Origin: Eubacteriales bacterium
Lineage (GTDB): Bacteria; Bacillota; Clostridia; Oscillospirales; CAG-272
Reading direction: 5' to 3'
Assembly (NCBI GenBank): GCA_045540755.1
Contig: JAZQHV010000082.1
Location: forward strand, 24,952-88,951
Length of the DNA: 64,000 nt
Made by a program: the position numbers and the translations under genes. Under the pieces are notes generated by a model, which saw only the letters and a program-made list of their open reading frames with translations, searched no databases and was not told the origin of the DNA. How positions within the stretch are numbered: the first letter of the stretch is position 1; the number at the start of each line of letters is the position of its first letter. Below, one piece after another: positions 26,272-35,852 of this stretch.

Positions 26272-26742
26272 ATGGTACAGATCGAAATGGAAAACGGCGG
26301 CATCATCAAGGTCGAGCTCGACCACGAGGCTGCCCCCGTTACTGCGGCAAACTTTGAGAGCCTCGTCAAGGAAGGCTTCTACGACGGACTCATCTTCCAC
26401 CGCGTTATCAAGGGCTTTATGATCCAGGGCGGCGACCCCACGGGCACCGGTTGCGGCGGCTCGGGCAAGAATATCGTCGGTGAGTTCGCGATGAACGGTC
26501 ATCAGAACCCCATCAGCCACGTGCGCGGCGTTATCTCGATGGCGCGTTCGCAGAACCCCAATTCCGCATCCTCGCAGTTCTTCATCATGCACGCGGATGC
26601 GCACTACCTTGACGGTCAGTATGCCGCATTCGGCAAGGTCGTTGAGGGCATGGAGGTCGTAGACGAGATCGCAGAGGTCGCAACCGACTACTCCGACCGT
26701 CCCCGCATCGACATGGTTATGAAAAAGGTAACGATCATCTAA
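26272..26742 (+). CDS. ppiB: cyclophilin-type peptidyl-prolyl isomerase
   Basis: 156 aa. Motifs FHRVIKGFMIQGGDP and SMARSQNPNSASSQFFI. Confidence 0.9.
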   Translation: MVQIEMENGGIIKVELDHEAAPVTAANFESLVKEGFYDGLIFHRVIKGFMIQGGDPTGTGCGGSGKNIVGEFAMNGHQNPISHVRGVISMARSQNPNSASSQFFIMHADAHYLDGQYAAFGKVVEGMEVVDEIAEVATDYSDRPRIDMVMKKVTII

Positions 26743-26745
26743 AGA

Positions 26746-26777
26746 GAAAGCCACACATCAGCGATGTGTGGCTTTTG
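26746..26777. terminator. bidirectional intrinsic terminator
   Basis: Stem ccacacat / atgtgtgg (26751-26758 / 26764-26771) followed by CTTTTG. Confidence 0.6.
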
Positions 26778-26779
26778 TA

Positions 26780-27217
26780 TTATGCGTCTTTCTGTTGCTT
26801 TTGCTGCAGCATGGCGTTGACCTTGTTTGTATTCCGCTTGGTGACAGAATAGATGATCGCCCAGATAACCAGATAGCCGAGCACAAAGATCCCGGAAAAG
26901 ATCAGGATCGGCATCATGCCCGCCTCCAGCCAGTCGTTGAGCAGATACGTGGCCAAATAGCCGACGTACAAAACGCCGCCGTGCAGGAGAATGGCAACCG
27001 CCAGCGGCAGTCGCTCGACCCCGTAAACGGCATTCATGCCGCCTGCGATAAAGGCGAGTGCGGACAGGGAAAAGATTCCCGTGCAGACCTGACCAACGGT
27101 CAGCATTTCCACCGCGCCGCACTGTTGCAGGATCAGATACACAACTGCAAGCACAAGCGGACCCATGCCGCAGGCGATCGCGCCTCTCTTCAAAAAGTCA
27201 AAAATAAATTTTTTCAT
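26780..27217 (-). CDS. DUF3021-like small membrane protein
   Basis: 145 aa with four predicted TM helices. ATGA-type overlap with the upstream LytTR gene, which is a known gene pairing. Confidence 0.6.
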   Translation of the reverse strand: MKKFIFDFLKRGAIACGMGPLVLAVVYLILQQCGAVEMLTVGQVCTGIFSLSALAFIAGGMNAVYGVERLPLAVAILLHGGVLYVGYLATYLLNDWLEAGMMPILIFSGIFVLGYLVIWAIIYSVTKRNTNKVNAMLQQKQQKDA

Positions 27218-27657
27218 CTTCCTTCATACCTCCTTTTGATTTCCGCAAAACACCGTCTGGAAACGTACTCCCGATATCCGCATCGGAACACGGCATCCAC
27301 ACCTCCGTTGAACACGGCGGCAAATCGCAGGATGCGATGCTCGTTGGCAAGGGTGGATTTGTTGATGCGGATAAAGTAAGAGGGAAGCAGGCTTTCCAGA
27401 TCGCGGAGTCTGTCCTGCAAGCGGTACTGCCTGCCGTCACTGTCGATGGCAATGACCTTTCTGTTTAGCACGGTGATGCATTCGATCTCCGAAAAAGCCA
27501 GCTTTCGCATTTCCTCGTCCCGATATCCCATCAGGTGATCTGCGCCCGAATCGTTACGGACGAGATTCTCAATTTGTTGTGTCAGCGCGGACGGTGCATG
27601 CACCACCGCAATGATCTCTTCTTCCGCTTCTTTGTTGATGACGAGTCTGTATTTCAT
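27214..27657 (-). CDS. LytTR-family DNA-binding protein
   Basis: 147 aa. The C-terminal half matches the LytTR pattern (FIRINKSTLANEHRILRF). Confidence 0.75.
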   Translation of the reverse strand: MKYRLVINKEAEEEIIAVVHAPSALTQQIENLVRNDSGADHLMGYRDEEMRKLAFSEIECITVLNRKVIAIDSDGRQYRLQDRLRDLESLLPSYFIRINKSTLANEHRILRFAAVFNGGVDAVFRCGYREYVSRRCFAEIKRRYEGR

Positions 27658-27761
27658 CGCCGCAGCTCCTTTCTGTTTGGATTTGCAAAACCATTATAGC
27701 AGACCCAAACGGAAAAATGTTGTTTTTTTGTCTCTTCGGTCATTCTCTGCGCTTCATCGGT

Positions 27762-27801
27762 ATAAGAAAAAGCCGATACCCGTTTTATGCGGGTATCGGC
27801 T
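27762..27801 (-). terminator. intrinsic terminator of the serpin operon
   Basis: 11-bp stem agccgataccc / gggtatcggct followed on the minus strand by TTTTTCT. Confidence 0.75.
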
Positions 27802-27805
27802 TAGT

Positions 27806-29080
27806 TTATTTTGCGGTTTCGTATCTGCCGACGAACAAAAGTTCGCCGCTTGTGTTGTCGCGGATGGCGAAATAGAAGGGCTTGTCTGCCGTAAATTCGA
27901 TCGGTTCCGTGGGTTTCATTGCCGAGGTCAGCTTTACGAGGATCGCGGTGACTGCCGCGGCTTCCGTACCGTTTTCGTCCAGCTTGACGTAGGTCTTTTG
28001 CAATGCATCGCTGACGTAAAGGTTGCCGTCAAGGGCACCCAAGTCCATCATCGCGCCAAGGTCGGCACGCTCACCGTCAAAGGCATCCACCATGCCGAGG
28101 GCAATGAGGATATCGCGCAAGGACAGCGAATATTCCATCTCAAATTTCGGGAGCTTTACGTGTACGCGCTCTCTTGCAAAGGGCGCGTTCTTTGTGAGAA
28201 ACGCATCCACGTCCAGCGTTGCCGCAGGATCGTCGCAGAGCATTACGTACATGCTGAAGGAATAGCGCGCATCGGCAAGGTACGTCTCGTTTTCGCCGGC
28301 ACGGCCGTAGTCGATCTGCACGGCACGCACGCCGTCGCCCTCGTAGTAGCCGAAGCTATCGGTCTTCTGCATGAAGGGCAGAGTGCCGATACTGCCGTCA
28401 AGGTTGTAGAACTCGCCGTTTGCCGTTGCCGCTTCGGGGAATCTTTCTGCCCACGCCGCTTTGAAGTAGACGGCATTGACAAGCGCTGTCGCAAACTGTC
28501 TGTGCTCCTCGGAGAGGATGGAGGGGATCTTTTCGTGCGTCTTGTCGTTGACCCACGCATTGACCTCTTCTACCGAATTTGCATCGGTCACCTCGCGTAC
28601 CTCGGCGGCGTAAAAGTCCTGCATGGCGTCCTGATAGCCGACGAGGAACTTACCCTTGCCGCCAAAGCTGCTCTGGTTCAACCAAAGCGAATTTGCGGTC
28701 TCAAGGCTCATGACGCCTGCGTAGCTTTCATAGCGTGCAAGCAGTTCCTTGACTTCCGCATTGAAGACGTCAAGATCGGCGATCTGCAACATGTCGAGGA
28801 TCTGCTGTCTCGTTTCGCCGCGTGCGCCGTTTGCAAGGAGGGCAAGGCAGAGCTTTGCCGAGTAAGGGGATACCATACGGTTACCGTCCGATACGGTCAG
28901 CCGCATCAGGTTGTCTGCAAAGCTTGCATCCGCCTTTGGCGGCGGCAGAACAAGCGATTCTCCCGCAAGCTCGGTGCAGATCGGGTCTGTCACCGTTGTT
29001 TCTGCGGGCGGAACCGTGCCGCAAGCCGACAAGCCAAGCGTCAGCAGAAGCAGCGCGGCAAGAAAACGCTTATTTTTCAT
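27806..29080 (-). CDS. serpin-family lipoprotein (inhibitory-type hinge)
   Basis: Start trimmed to the ATG at 29080. Lipobox LTLGLSACG. Hinge GTEAAAVTA. Serpin C-terminus FTADKPFYFAIRDNTSGELLFVGRY. Confidence 0.85.
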   Translation of the reverse strand: MKNKRFLAALLLLTLGLSACGTVPPAETTVTDPICTELAGESLVLPPPKADASFADNLMRLTVSDGNRMVSPYSAKLCLALLANGARGETRQQILDMLQIADLDVFNAEVKELLARYESYAGVMSLETANSLWLNQSSFGGKGKFLVGYQDAMQDFYAAEVREVTDANSVEEVNAWVNDKTHEKIPSILSEEHRQFATALVNAVYFKAAWAERFPEAATANGEFYNLDGSIGTLPFMQKTDSFGYYEGDGVRAVQIDYGRAGENETYLADARYSFSMYVMLCDDPAATLDVDAFLTKNAPFARERVHVKLPKFEMEYSLSLRDILIALGMVDAFDGERADLGAMMDLGALDGNLYVSDALQKTYVKLDENGTEAAAVTAILVKLTSAMKPTEPIEFTADKPFYFAIRDNTSGELLFVGRYETAK

Positions 29081-29999
29081 CTTTGTTCTCACTTTCAATT
29101 TTTGCTTTCTTCTTATGCTTGACGGATACAACGACGATGACCGTGATCACGCCGATGATGACCGCGTAGGGGAAGAAATAGATCAGCCCGAACAGAACGC
29201 TCTCGCCAAACTCGGCAAAGCCCTCGCCCGAATCCTTGACCGTTTCACCGAGACGGTCGCCAAAGGTCTTGGGGGCAGGGGAGGTGTACTTGGTCACCTC
29301 GTTCAGGTTCAGATAGAAGGTTGCGTACTTCACGTCGTTATCAATGGTGCGCTGTGCGTTGGTCAGCGACTCGATCTCGTACTGTACGTCGCAAAGACGG
29401 GTCTCGATCTTCAGCATCTCCTCCACGGTTGCCGCCTTTTCGAGCATGGTAAAGAGGCGCTCCTCCTGAATGCGCAGAGCGCGCAGGCGGTTTTCGTTGT
29501 CGTAGTAACGCTCGGTCATGTTGTCGACCGTGTTGCGGATAGAGGCTACGTTGAAGTTTTCCGAAAGCCCCGTGAGGAAGGTGTCGTAATGCTCTTGGGG
29601 AATGCGCACCGTCATGGAGAGTGCACGGTAGCCCACGCTGTCGAGATTGCTTGCGTTTTCGGAGACGATGATGCCGCCGAGCGAAGCGATCGTCTTATGC
29701 AGGGAATCGTTTGCCGCTTCGAATTCCTCGGTCTCAAGCCCGACGTGCGAGGTGTAGACCAGCTTTTGCTCGACGGTGTTGACAACGCCGCCCGTGGCAG
29801 CCGAGCCGTAGGAAAGCGACTCTGCCTTTACCTCTTCCATCATGACCGTGCCGGCATCGTCCATCTCGGCGGCGTAGCTGTAGTAGACCTCACCGCGTGC
29901 AGGCGCAGAGGTCTTGTTGTCCATGGCAACGCCCGAGCCGCATGCGGACAGAAGCGTGCACAAAGCGAGACACAGGGAAACGAGGGTCAGTTTTTTCAT
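29070..29999 (-). CDS. DUF4349-like lipoprotein with C-terminal TM anchor
   Basis: 309 aa. Lipobox LLSACG, a coiled-coil-like middle region, and a C-terminal TM helix (LIYFFPYAVIIGVITVIVVVSV). Its stop overlaps the serpin start by 11 nt. Confidence 0.65.
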   Translation of the reverse strand: MKKLTLVSLCLALCTLLSACGSGVAMDNKTSAPARGEVYYSYAAEMDDAGTVMMEEVKAESLSYGSAATGGVVNTVEQKLVYTSHVGLETEEFEAANDSLHKTIASLGGIIVSENASNLDSVGYRALSMTVRIPQEHYDTFLTGLSENFNVASIRNTVDNMTERYYDNENRLRALRIQEERLFTMLEKAATVEEMLKIETRLCDVQYEIESLTNAQRTIDNDVKYATFYLNLNEVTKYTSPAPKTFGDRLGETVKDSGEGFAEFGESVLFGLIYFFPYAVIIGVITVIVVVSVKHKKKAKIESENKDEK

Positions 30000-30012
30000 G
30001 GCAGATTCTCCT

Positions 30013-30420
30013 TTACTTCTTAAAGATCAGGAACTTGGAGAGAACGTAATTTGCGATGACCACAAACACCGAGATGGCGATCTTGACGAGCCAGTCGTTC
30101 CAGTGCAGGAGCTCCACAAAGAGGGAAAAACCGCCCACCTCGACAAAGCCCGAGAGAACTCGCGCACCAAAAAAGGTCAGAAACTCACGCAGAATATGCT
30201 CGTCGCTTTTGTGTCGGAAAACGAAGAATTTGTTGGTGAAAAAAGCGAAGAGCACTGCCGCAAGCCATGCGACCGCATTGGCAAGGCTCTTGTTCATGTT
30301 CTCGGCAACGCCCGTCATCAGGGCATACGTTCCCCAGTTGACAAGCGTGGTCATGCCGCCGAAAAACAGATACGAGATCTGCTCACGGTATTTTTTGAAA
30401 AGTTCTCTTACAATTTCCAT
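30013..30420 (-). CDS. GtrA-family membrane protein
   Basis: 135 aa with four TM helices. N-terminal YLFFGGMTTLVNWGTYALM. Confidence 0.7.
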   Translation of the reverse strand: MEIVRELFKKYREQISYLFFGGMTTLVNWGTYALMTGVAENMNKSLANAVAWLAAVLFAFFTNKFFVFRHKSDEHILREFLTFFGARVLSGFVEVGGFSLFVELLHWNDWLVKIAISVFVVIANYVLSKFLIFKK

Positions 30421-30453
30421 TTGCCTGTTAGTCGATCAAAAATCGAAAAATCC

Positions 30454-31035
30454 TCACTGCTTGGTTTGTTGTACTTTTTCCTGGAATTCTTTGAGAGAAG
30501 AGATCATGTTCAGCGCGTCGAGCAGGGCGTTTGCGGTCATGCCGCTCGGCAGGTCGTAGGCGGCGGCGAGAACGTCGCGCTTTTCGACGCTGTTTTCCCC
30601 GCCCGAAAGTCCTGCAAGATAGAGATCGCGCTTGGTAATCGGGGTACGGGTGACGGCACTTGCGTCCGCGTACTTGCGAAAGAGGTCGCGGAGTAGGTCG
30701 GCATCCATGCCCTCTACGCCGAGCGTGCCCTCCTTGGAGCCCTCTTTTTTTCGTTTTTCCTTGCCCTCGATCTTGGGGATGTATAGGTTGATGACCTTGC
30801 CCTCGGGAAGCATGCTTTTAATATGTGCGCGGATGACCTTGCCCGCGCCGTCACTGTCGCAGAGCAGGATCACACCGTTTTCGCAAAGACGGCGGATCAA
30901 AGCTTTTTTCTCGGCACTGTTGAAAATACCAAAACCGCCTGTGGTGATGACTTTGGCATCGAGGATCGAGTCGAGCTTGATCTTATCGTATTTGCCTTCC
31001 ACGATCACGGGGAGGGAGATCTTTATCTTTTCCAT
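30454..31035 (-). CDS. Toprim-domain protein (RNase M5-like N-terminus)
   Basis: 193 aa. Motifs PVIVEGKYDKIKL and LLCDSDGAGKVIR are Toprim-type. Confidence 0.6.
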   Translation of the reverse strand: MEKIKISLPVIVEGKYDKIKLDSILDAKVITTGGFGIFNSAEKKALIRRLCENGVILLCDSDGAGKVIRAHIKSMLPEGKVINLYIPKIEGKEKRKKEGSKEGTLGVEGMDADLLRDLFRKYADASAVTRTPITKRDLYLAGLSGGENSVEKRDVLAAAYDLPSGMTANALLDALNMISSLKEFQEKVQQTKQ

Positions 31036-31036
31036 A

Positions 31037-32077
31037 TCATGCCCTCGCTGCCTCGGCGACCAGAGCCTTTAACCGCGCATAGTCCTTGGTTTCGCTCTTG
31101 ATCGCAAGATCGGCATCTCGGCAAAGCGAAAGCACGTGGCTGATGCGTGTGAGACTGCTGTTTTTTGCCGCCGCCGCGTAGATCTTGGCGCGGTATTCGT
31201 TCATCTTGAGCTTTTTGGCGATGTCGGGAACGTACATGCCGCCGTCCATCGCCGCCTTGACGCGGTAGAGGTCGATGTAGGTGGAATAGATACCCGCAAA
31301 GGCGATGGCGGGACGGATGTGCTTTTGCTCCATGAGGGTGAGGATCTCCATTGCCTCGTCCGTCTTGCCCGCAAGCACCGCGTTGGAGAGGGCAAACGGT
31401 TCGAGCTCCTTCGTCGTACAGCAGACGTAGGCGATATCCTTTTTCTCCAAGGTGTCGCGTCCGTGCGCATGCAGATACGCACACAACTTGTCGATCTCGC
31501 CCACAAGCGTCATCATGTCACTGCCCGTTTGCTTGACGAGCAGATCCAAAGTAAAGCTGTCTGCGTCGATCTTATCCTTGGCAAAGTGCTTACCCGCCCA
31601 GACCACAAGGTCTCTTTGCGAGGCGCGCGGCAGGTATGCCATTTTTGCGACCTTGTCCAGCTTTTTATACAGAGCGGAAGGCTTTTTGATCTGTGCGCCC
31701 TTTGCCGTGCCGTAGTCGAGTGCGCCGTCGGCAAGGTTCATCACGATCACGGCGTGGTCATAGTCCGCCGCCTCGGCGAGAAAGTCGATTACCGCCTCGA
31801 CCTCTGCCGCCTTCAGCTCCGAAAAATTGAACTCGGTCAGCTCAATGAGCTTTTTATCCTCGAAAACGGGCGGGGTCGCCAGTGCGTCAAACGCCGCATC
31901 CGCTGTAAAGCCCTTGGCAGGGAAAACGGCGTGGTTGAAAAGGGCATACGGCGAATCGCCGAGGACGCCCTCGCGGATCTTTGACGCGTAAAAACGCTTC
32001 AGATAATCCTCTTCACCAAACAGAACGTATACACCGCTTGGCGCTTTGTATTCTTTTTTGATGTCGATCTCTGCCAT
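31037..32077 (-). CDS. holA: DNA polymerase III delta subunit
   Basis: 346 aa. N-terminal VYVLFGEEDYLK and overall delta-subunit layout. Usual neighbourhood. Confidence 0.8.
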   Translation of the reverse strand: MAEIDIKKEYKAPSGVYVLFGEEDYLKRFYASKIREGVLGDSPYALFNHAVFPAKGFTADAAFDALATPPVFEDKKLIELTEFNFSELKAAEVEAVIDFLAEAADYDHAVIVMNLADGALDYGTAKGAQIKKPSALYKKLDKVAKMAYLPRASQRDLVVWAGKHFAKDKIDADSFTLDLLVKQTGSDMMTLVGEIDKLCAYLHAHGRDTLEKKDIAYVCCTTKELEPFALSNAVLAGKTDEAMEILTLMEQKHIRPAIAFAGIYSTYIDLYRVKAAMDGGMYVPDIAKKLKMNEYRAKIYAAAAKNSSLTRISHVLSLCRDADLAIKSETKDYARLKALVAEAARA

Positions 32078-32086
32078 GCTGTTTCC

Positions 32087-32581
32087 TTACTTTACAGTGA
32101 GCGTAATATGTGTTTTTTCGGCGAGGATGCCGTTCATTTCCACAAGGTATTCGGCAACCATCTTGCCGCCCTCAAAGGAGAGTCCGTTCTCCAGCGTGAT
32201 GGTGTTGATGCACATCTCGATGGGAAAATAGGGGGTCTCGTACATGCAGAGGTGGCGCTTGCCCTCTTCAAAGACCAGCGCGGTCGAGACAGTACCCTCA
32301 CGCAGGATGCTGACAAGTGTCGGCTCTTTTTTATCGAAAACGACCTTGGTGGTGGCGCCCTCCATGCCCGTGATCTCGGACTCGTCGTATTCGATCTCGA
32401 TCTTGCCGCCCTTGTCGGCTATGGTGCAGTCGGTGGTCAGTGTGGTGCAGTCGGCTTCGCCGTCTACAGCCATGGCGATCTCGCCGTCCGCCCCCGTGAT
32501 GGTGCTGTCGCCGTTGTCCTCAAATTGCAGGACTTTGGAGACCAGCTTTAGTTTTGCAAATCTTTTTTTGATGCCTTTCAT
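32087..32581 (-). CDS. DUF1934-like beta-barrel protein
   Basis: 164 aa. The pattern matches the YwiB/DUF1934 family. Confidence 0.6.
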   Translation of the reverse strand: MKGIKKRFAKLKLVSKVLQFEDNGDSTITGADGEIAMAVDGEADCTTLTTDCTIADKGGKIEIEYDESEITGMEGATTKVVFDKKEPTLVSILREGTVSTALVFEEGKRHLCMYETPYFPIEMCINTITLENGLSFEGGKMVAEYLVEMNGILAEKTHITLTVK

Positions 32582-32657
32582 GTCTTTTCCTATACTGAAA
32601 CGTTTGTTTTTTCAAATACTATCAATACAGTATATCATATTTTGAAAGGAAAATAAA

Positions 32658-33059
32658 GTGGCTGTACGAAAAACATTTTGGATTCTTTGCATTATCGTCG
32701 TTTTGCTCGCGATTCCTGTGCTTTCGACTGAGGCAGAGGTGCAGTACCTCGCCGAGGCGATTGCCGCCTTTGGCGACGAGCCGTACGTGGTGCGCGTTGC
32801 TTACGGTGAACTGCTCTTAAATCGGCTGGACAGCGACCGCTTTCCCGATACACTGTCTGCCGTGCTCTACAGTATGTACGGTGACCGTATCCCACGCGGA
32901 AAGCCCACCGAAAGTGACCGCCGCGCCGCCGCGACCGCCTACCGCCGTCTTCGCTTTGCGGACGGGGCGCTTTTTGTGCGCCGATGGAGCGAAGTAGAAA
33001 ACACGCCGCTCATGTTACGGAGCGGCGTGCGGTTTTACGATTGGTTCTTTTATATATGA
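32658..33059 (+). CDS. SleB/Hydrolase_2-like cell wall hydrolase domain protein
   Basis: GTG start at 32658. Signal/TM segment followed by EPYVVRVAYGELLLNRLDSDRFPDTLSAVLY. Confidence 0.6.
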   Translation: MAVRKTFWILCIIVVLLAIPVLSTEAEVQYLAEAIAAFGDEPYVVRVAYGELLLNRLDSDRFPDTLSAVLYSMYGDRIPRGKPTESDRRAAATAYRRLRFADGALFVRRWSEVENTPLMLRSGVRFYDWFFYI

Positions 33060-33082
33060 CGAATATATGTGAGAACCTTTCC

Positions 33083-35179
33083 TTAAAAGGTTCTCGTATC
33101 TTCTTTGTTCTCCTCCACGATTTCCATATAGATCCGTCTGCGCAGGACGTTGGCTTCTGTGATGCGGATACGCAGGGGCATGCCCAGTTTATACTGGGTG
33201 TGACCGCAACCGAGCGTCTGCGTTTCCTCGCGATACTTGAACTGTTCGCCGAGTGCTTCAATGGGAATGAGCCCTTCGCAGGTGTTTTCCAACTCGCAGA
33301 AGAGACCGAACGGTGTGACCGAGCTGATCACGGCGTCAAATTCCTTGCCGACCTCTTTTTCCATAAAGATGACCTTGTACAGATCCTCGATGTCGCGTTC
33401 AGCACTCATGGCTTTGAGCTCGTTTTCACTGGAGGTCATTGCACTTTCGGCGGCAAATTTGGTGTAGCGCTTTTTTGCGGCATCATTGCCGTTTTCTGCC
33501 GCGTATTTCAGGATGCGATGCACCGAAAGGTCGGGATAACGGCGGATGGGTGAGGTAAAATGGCAGTAATATTCCAGCCCGAGACCGAAGTGATCGTCCC
33601 GCGTCTCACTGTACTTGGCTTTCATCTGTGCGCGCAAGGTTACGCGCGAAAGCACGTTTTCCATGCCCTTTTCGGCGGCCTCAGCAAGGACGGGGGCAAA
33701 CGCCGATACCGTCAACTTTTTGACGCGCAGGGGCAGAGTGGAGAGACCTGCATTTTGCACGAACGTGCGGTAGACCGACATTTTTTCCTCGCTTGGCGCC
33801 TCGTGCACACGAAAGACACAGGGAAGCGAGCGCGCACACATATAGCGTGCCACCGCCTCGTTTGCAGTCAGCATAAATTGCTCGATCATGCGTTCCGCTT
33901 CTCCGCGCTCGCGCTTGACGATATCCACGGGCATGCTGTTTTCATCCAGCACAAAGCGCGCCTCCGCACTTTCCAACTCCAATACGCCACGCGCCTTTGC
34001 GCGTTCCTCCAGTAGTTTGAAAAGCGGATACATCACCGTCAGCGTTTTGTAAACAGGCTTGTACTTTGCGTAATATTTCGAGCGCGATTTTTTTGCAAGT
34101 AGGTCGTTGACCTCACTGTATACGCCGCGTACCTTGGAGCGGATGATTGCGTTTTCCACGCGACAGCCGACGATCGCGCCGTTTTTGTCCAGGTCAATGA
34201 ACGCGGAAAGGGTGTATTTGTCGGTGTCCGCATTCAGCGAGCAAACGCCGTTGGACAGACATTCGGGCAGCATCGGCACGACCTTGTCGATGAAGTACAC
34301 GCTGGTGCCGCGGGCAAACGCCTCTTTGTCGGTCGGCGTGCCGTAGCGCACGTAGTGGGAAACGTCGGCGATGTGTACGCCGAGAGTGTAGCCGCTTTCG
34401 GTCTTTTCGAGCGAAATGGCGTCGTCAAGGTCCTTGGCATCAGCACCGTCGATGGTAAAGATGGCGGCGCTACGCAGATCGAGTCGTCCGTCGGTCGAGA
34501 TCGGTTCTTTCGCGGCTTCCTCGGCGCACCGCTTTGCCTCAATGGGGAATTCGGTGCGGATACCCTTTTCGATCAGGATGGATTCGTAGTTTGCCCCCAG
34601 CGAAAGCGCTTTGCCAAGGTCGCGCAGGATCTCGCCCTTCGGCGGTCGCTTGCCACTGCCGTAGTCGAGTAAGCGTACCTCTACCTTGTTGCCGAGCGGG
34701 ATGTCAAAGACGTCGTCTACTTCGGCTTCAAAGTGCAGGCGCGGATCATCGGGAATCACGCGATAGGGCGAAAAACGCCTGCCGAGCAGATGCGCATCAA
34801 TGATCAGTGTGCCGCAGAATTCGGTCACGCCGCGTGAAAGGATCCCGGTGACCTCGCCCTCAATGTGATACTTGCCGCCCGCCTCTTTGCGGAGAGCGCT
34901 TTTCTTTACGCTGACGGCAACGCGGTCGCCCGCAAGAGCGCCACCCGTCAGCCTTGCGGGAATAAAGACGTCCTCGGCAAGACCGTAGTCTTGGTCCGCT
35001 GTGACAAATCCAAAGCCGCGTTCCGCCGCCGAAAAGATGCCTTCAATGCGGACAGTGGGGGCAGGGGACTTTGCCGCAAAATAATCCTGCGGCGCACCGC
35101 GACGGCGGCGCTGTCCGTTTTTGGCATATCGTTTTGCCGCCTTGCTTTTCGCAAACGGCTTGCTGTTTTTCTTTCTCAT
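33083..35179 (-). CDS. rnr: ribonuclease R
   Basis: 698 aa. Cold-shock-like N-terminal region, RNB core (FTIDGADAKDLDDAISL, HFGLGLEYYCHFTSPIRRYPDL) and a C-terminal S1 domain. Confidence 0.9.
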   Translation of the reverse strand: MRKKNSKPFAKSKAAKRYAKNGQRRRRGAPQDYFAAKSPAPTVRIEGIFSAAERGFGFVTADQDYGLAEDVFIPARLTGGALAGDRVAVSVKKSALRKEAGGKYHIEGEVTGILSRGVTEFCGTLIIDAHLLGRRFSPYRVIPDDPRLHFEAEVDDVFDIPLGNKVEVRLLDYGSGKRPPKGEILRDLGKALSLGANYESILIEKGIRTEFPIEAKRCAEEAAKEPISTDGRLDLRSAAIFTIDGADAKDLDDAISLEKTESGYTLGVHIADVSHYVRYGTPTDKEAFARGTSVYFIDKVVPMLPECLSNGVCSLNADTDKYTLSAFIDLDKNGAIVGCRVENAIIRSKVRGVYSEVNDLLAKKSRSKYYAKYKPVYKTLTVMYPLFKLLEERAKARGVLELESAEARFVLDENSMPVDIVKRERGEAERMIEQFMLTANEAVARYMCARSLPCVFRVHEAPSEEKMSVYRTFVQNAGLSTLPLRVKKLTVSAFAPVLAEAAEKGMENVLSRVTLRAQMKAKYSETRDDHFGLGLEYYCHFTSPIRRYPDLSVHRILKYAAENGNDAAKKRYTKFAAESAMTSSENELKAMSAERDIEDLYKVIFMEKEVGKEFDAVISSVTPFGLFCELENTCEGLIPIEALGEQFKYREETQTLGCGHTQYKLGMPLRIRITEANVLRRRIYMEIVEENKEDTRTF

Positions 35180-35191
35180 AATTTTCCTTTT

Positions 35192-35230
35192 GCAAAAAAA
35201 TATCCGCTTTTAGTATACACCAAAAGCGGA
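35192..35230 (-). terminator. intrinsic terminator after secG
   Basis: 10-bp stem atccgctttt / aaaagcggat followed on the minus strand by ATTTTTTTGC. Confidence 0.7.
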
Positions 35231-35248
35231 TCGTTCAGTCTGTTCTGT

Positions 35249-35635
35249 TTACTGTGCGTCGGTCTCTGCGGGAGCCGCGGTGGTCTCGGGAGCAACAGTG
35301 GTCTCTGCGGGGGCCTCGGTCGTTACAACAACGCCCTCGTAGCCCTCAGCACCGCTGAGTCCAACGTCCGGAACGGTAACGTTGAAGTTCACGTCGGGCT
35401 GGATTGCGTATACTGCAATAACGATCAGTACAAATACGATTGCAACAATGGTGGTTGCCTTGGAAAGGATCTTGTCGATGGTCTTGCCCTTGGTCTTGCC
35501 AAAGAAGGTCTCAGCGCCGCCTGCGATGGTGCCGGAAAGGCCCTTCTGCTTGCTCTGCTGCATAAGAACAGCAATGATCAGGAACAGTGCCGCGATCAAA
35601 AGAACGATACCAAGTACGATTTCAAGTGTAGTCAT
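35249..35635 (-). CDS. secG: preprotein translocase subunit SecG with extended Pro/Thr/Ala/Glu-rich C-terminal tail
   Basis: Start trimmed to the ATG at 35635, giving 128 aa. SecG core MTTLEIVLGIVLLIAALFLIIAVLMQQSKQKGLSG...IVAIVFVLIVIAVYA. Followed by about 50 extra residues ending TTEAPAETTVAPETTAAPAETDAQ. Confidence 0.8.
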   Translation of the reverse strand: MTTLEIVLGIVLLIAALFLIIAVLMQQSKQKGLSGTIAGGAETFFGKTKGKTIDKILSKATTIVAIVFVLIVIAVYAIQPDVNFNVTVPDVGLSGAEGYEGVVVTTEAPAETTVAPETTAAPAETDAQ

Positions 35636-35852
35636 GATGTAATCTATCCTCCGGGATTTTGAAAAATCTAAAAAAGCGCATTTATGCAATGCGGATTTTA
35701 TTTTAGCACATCTAAATCAAAAAAGCAATAGCATTTTTGAAAATAATGAAAAAATCTTACCAAAAAATTTCACCCTGCGACACGTTTTTCATATTGTAAT
35801 TATGAAACAGATATGGTACAATGAAGAAAATTCCATTTTCAGGAGGAACATC

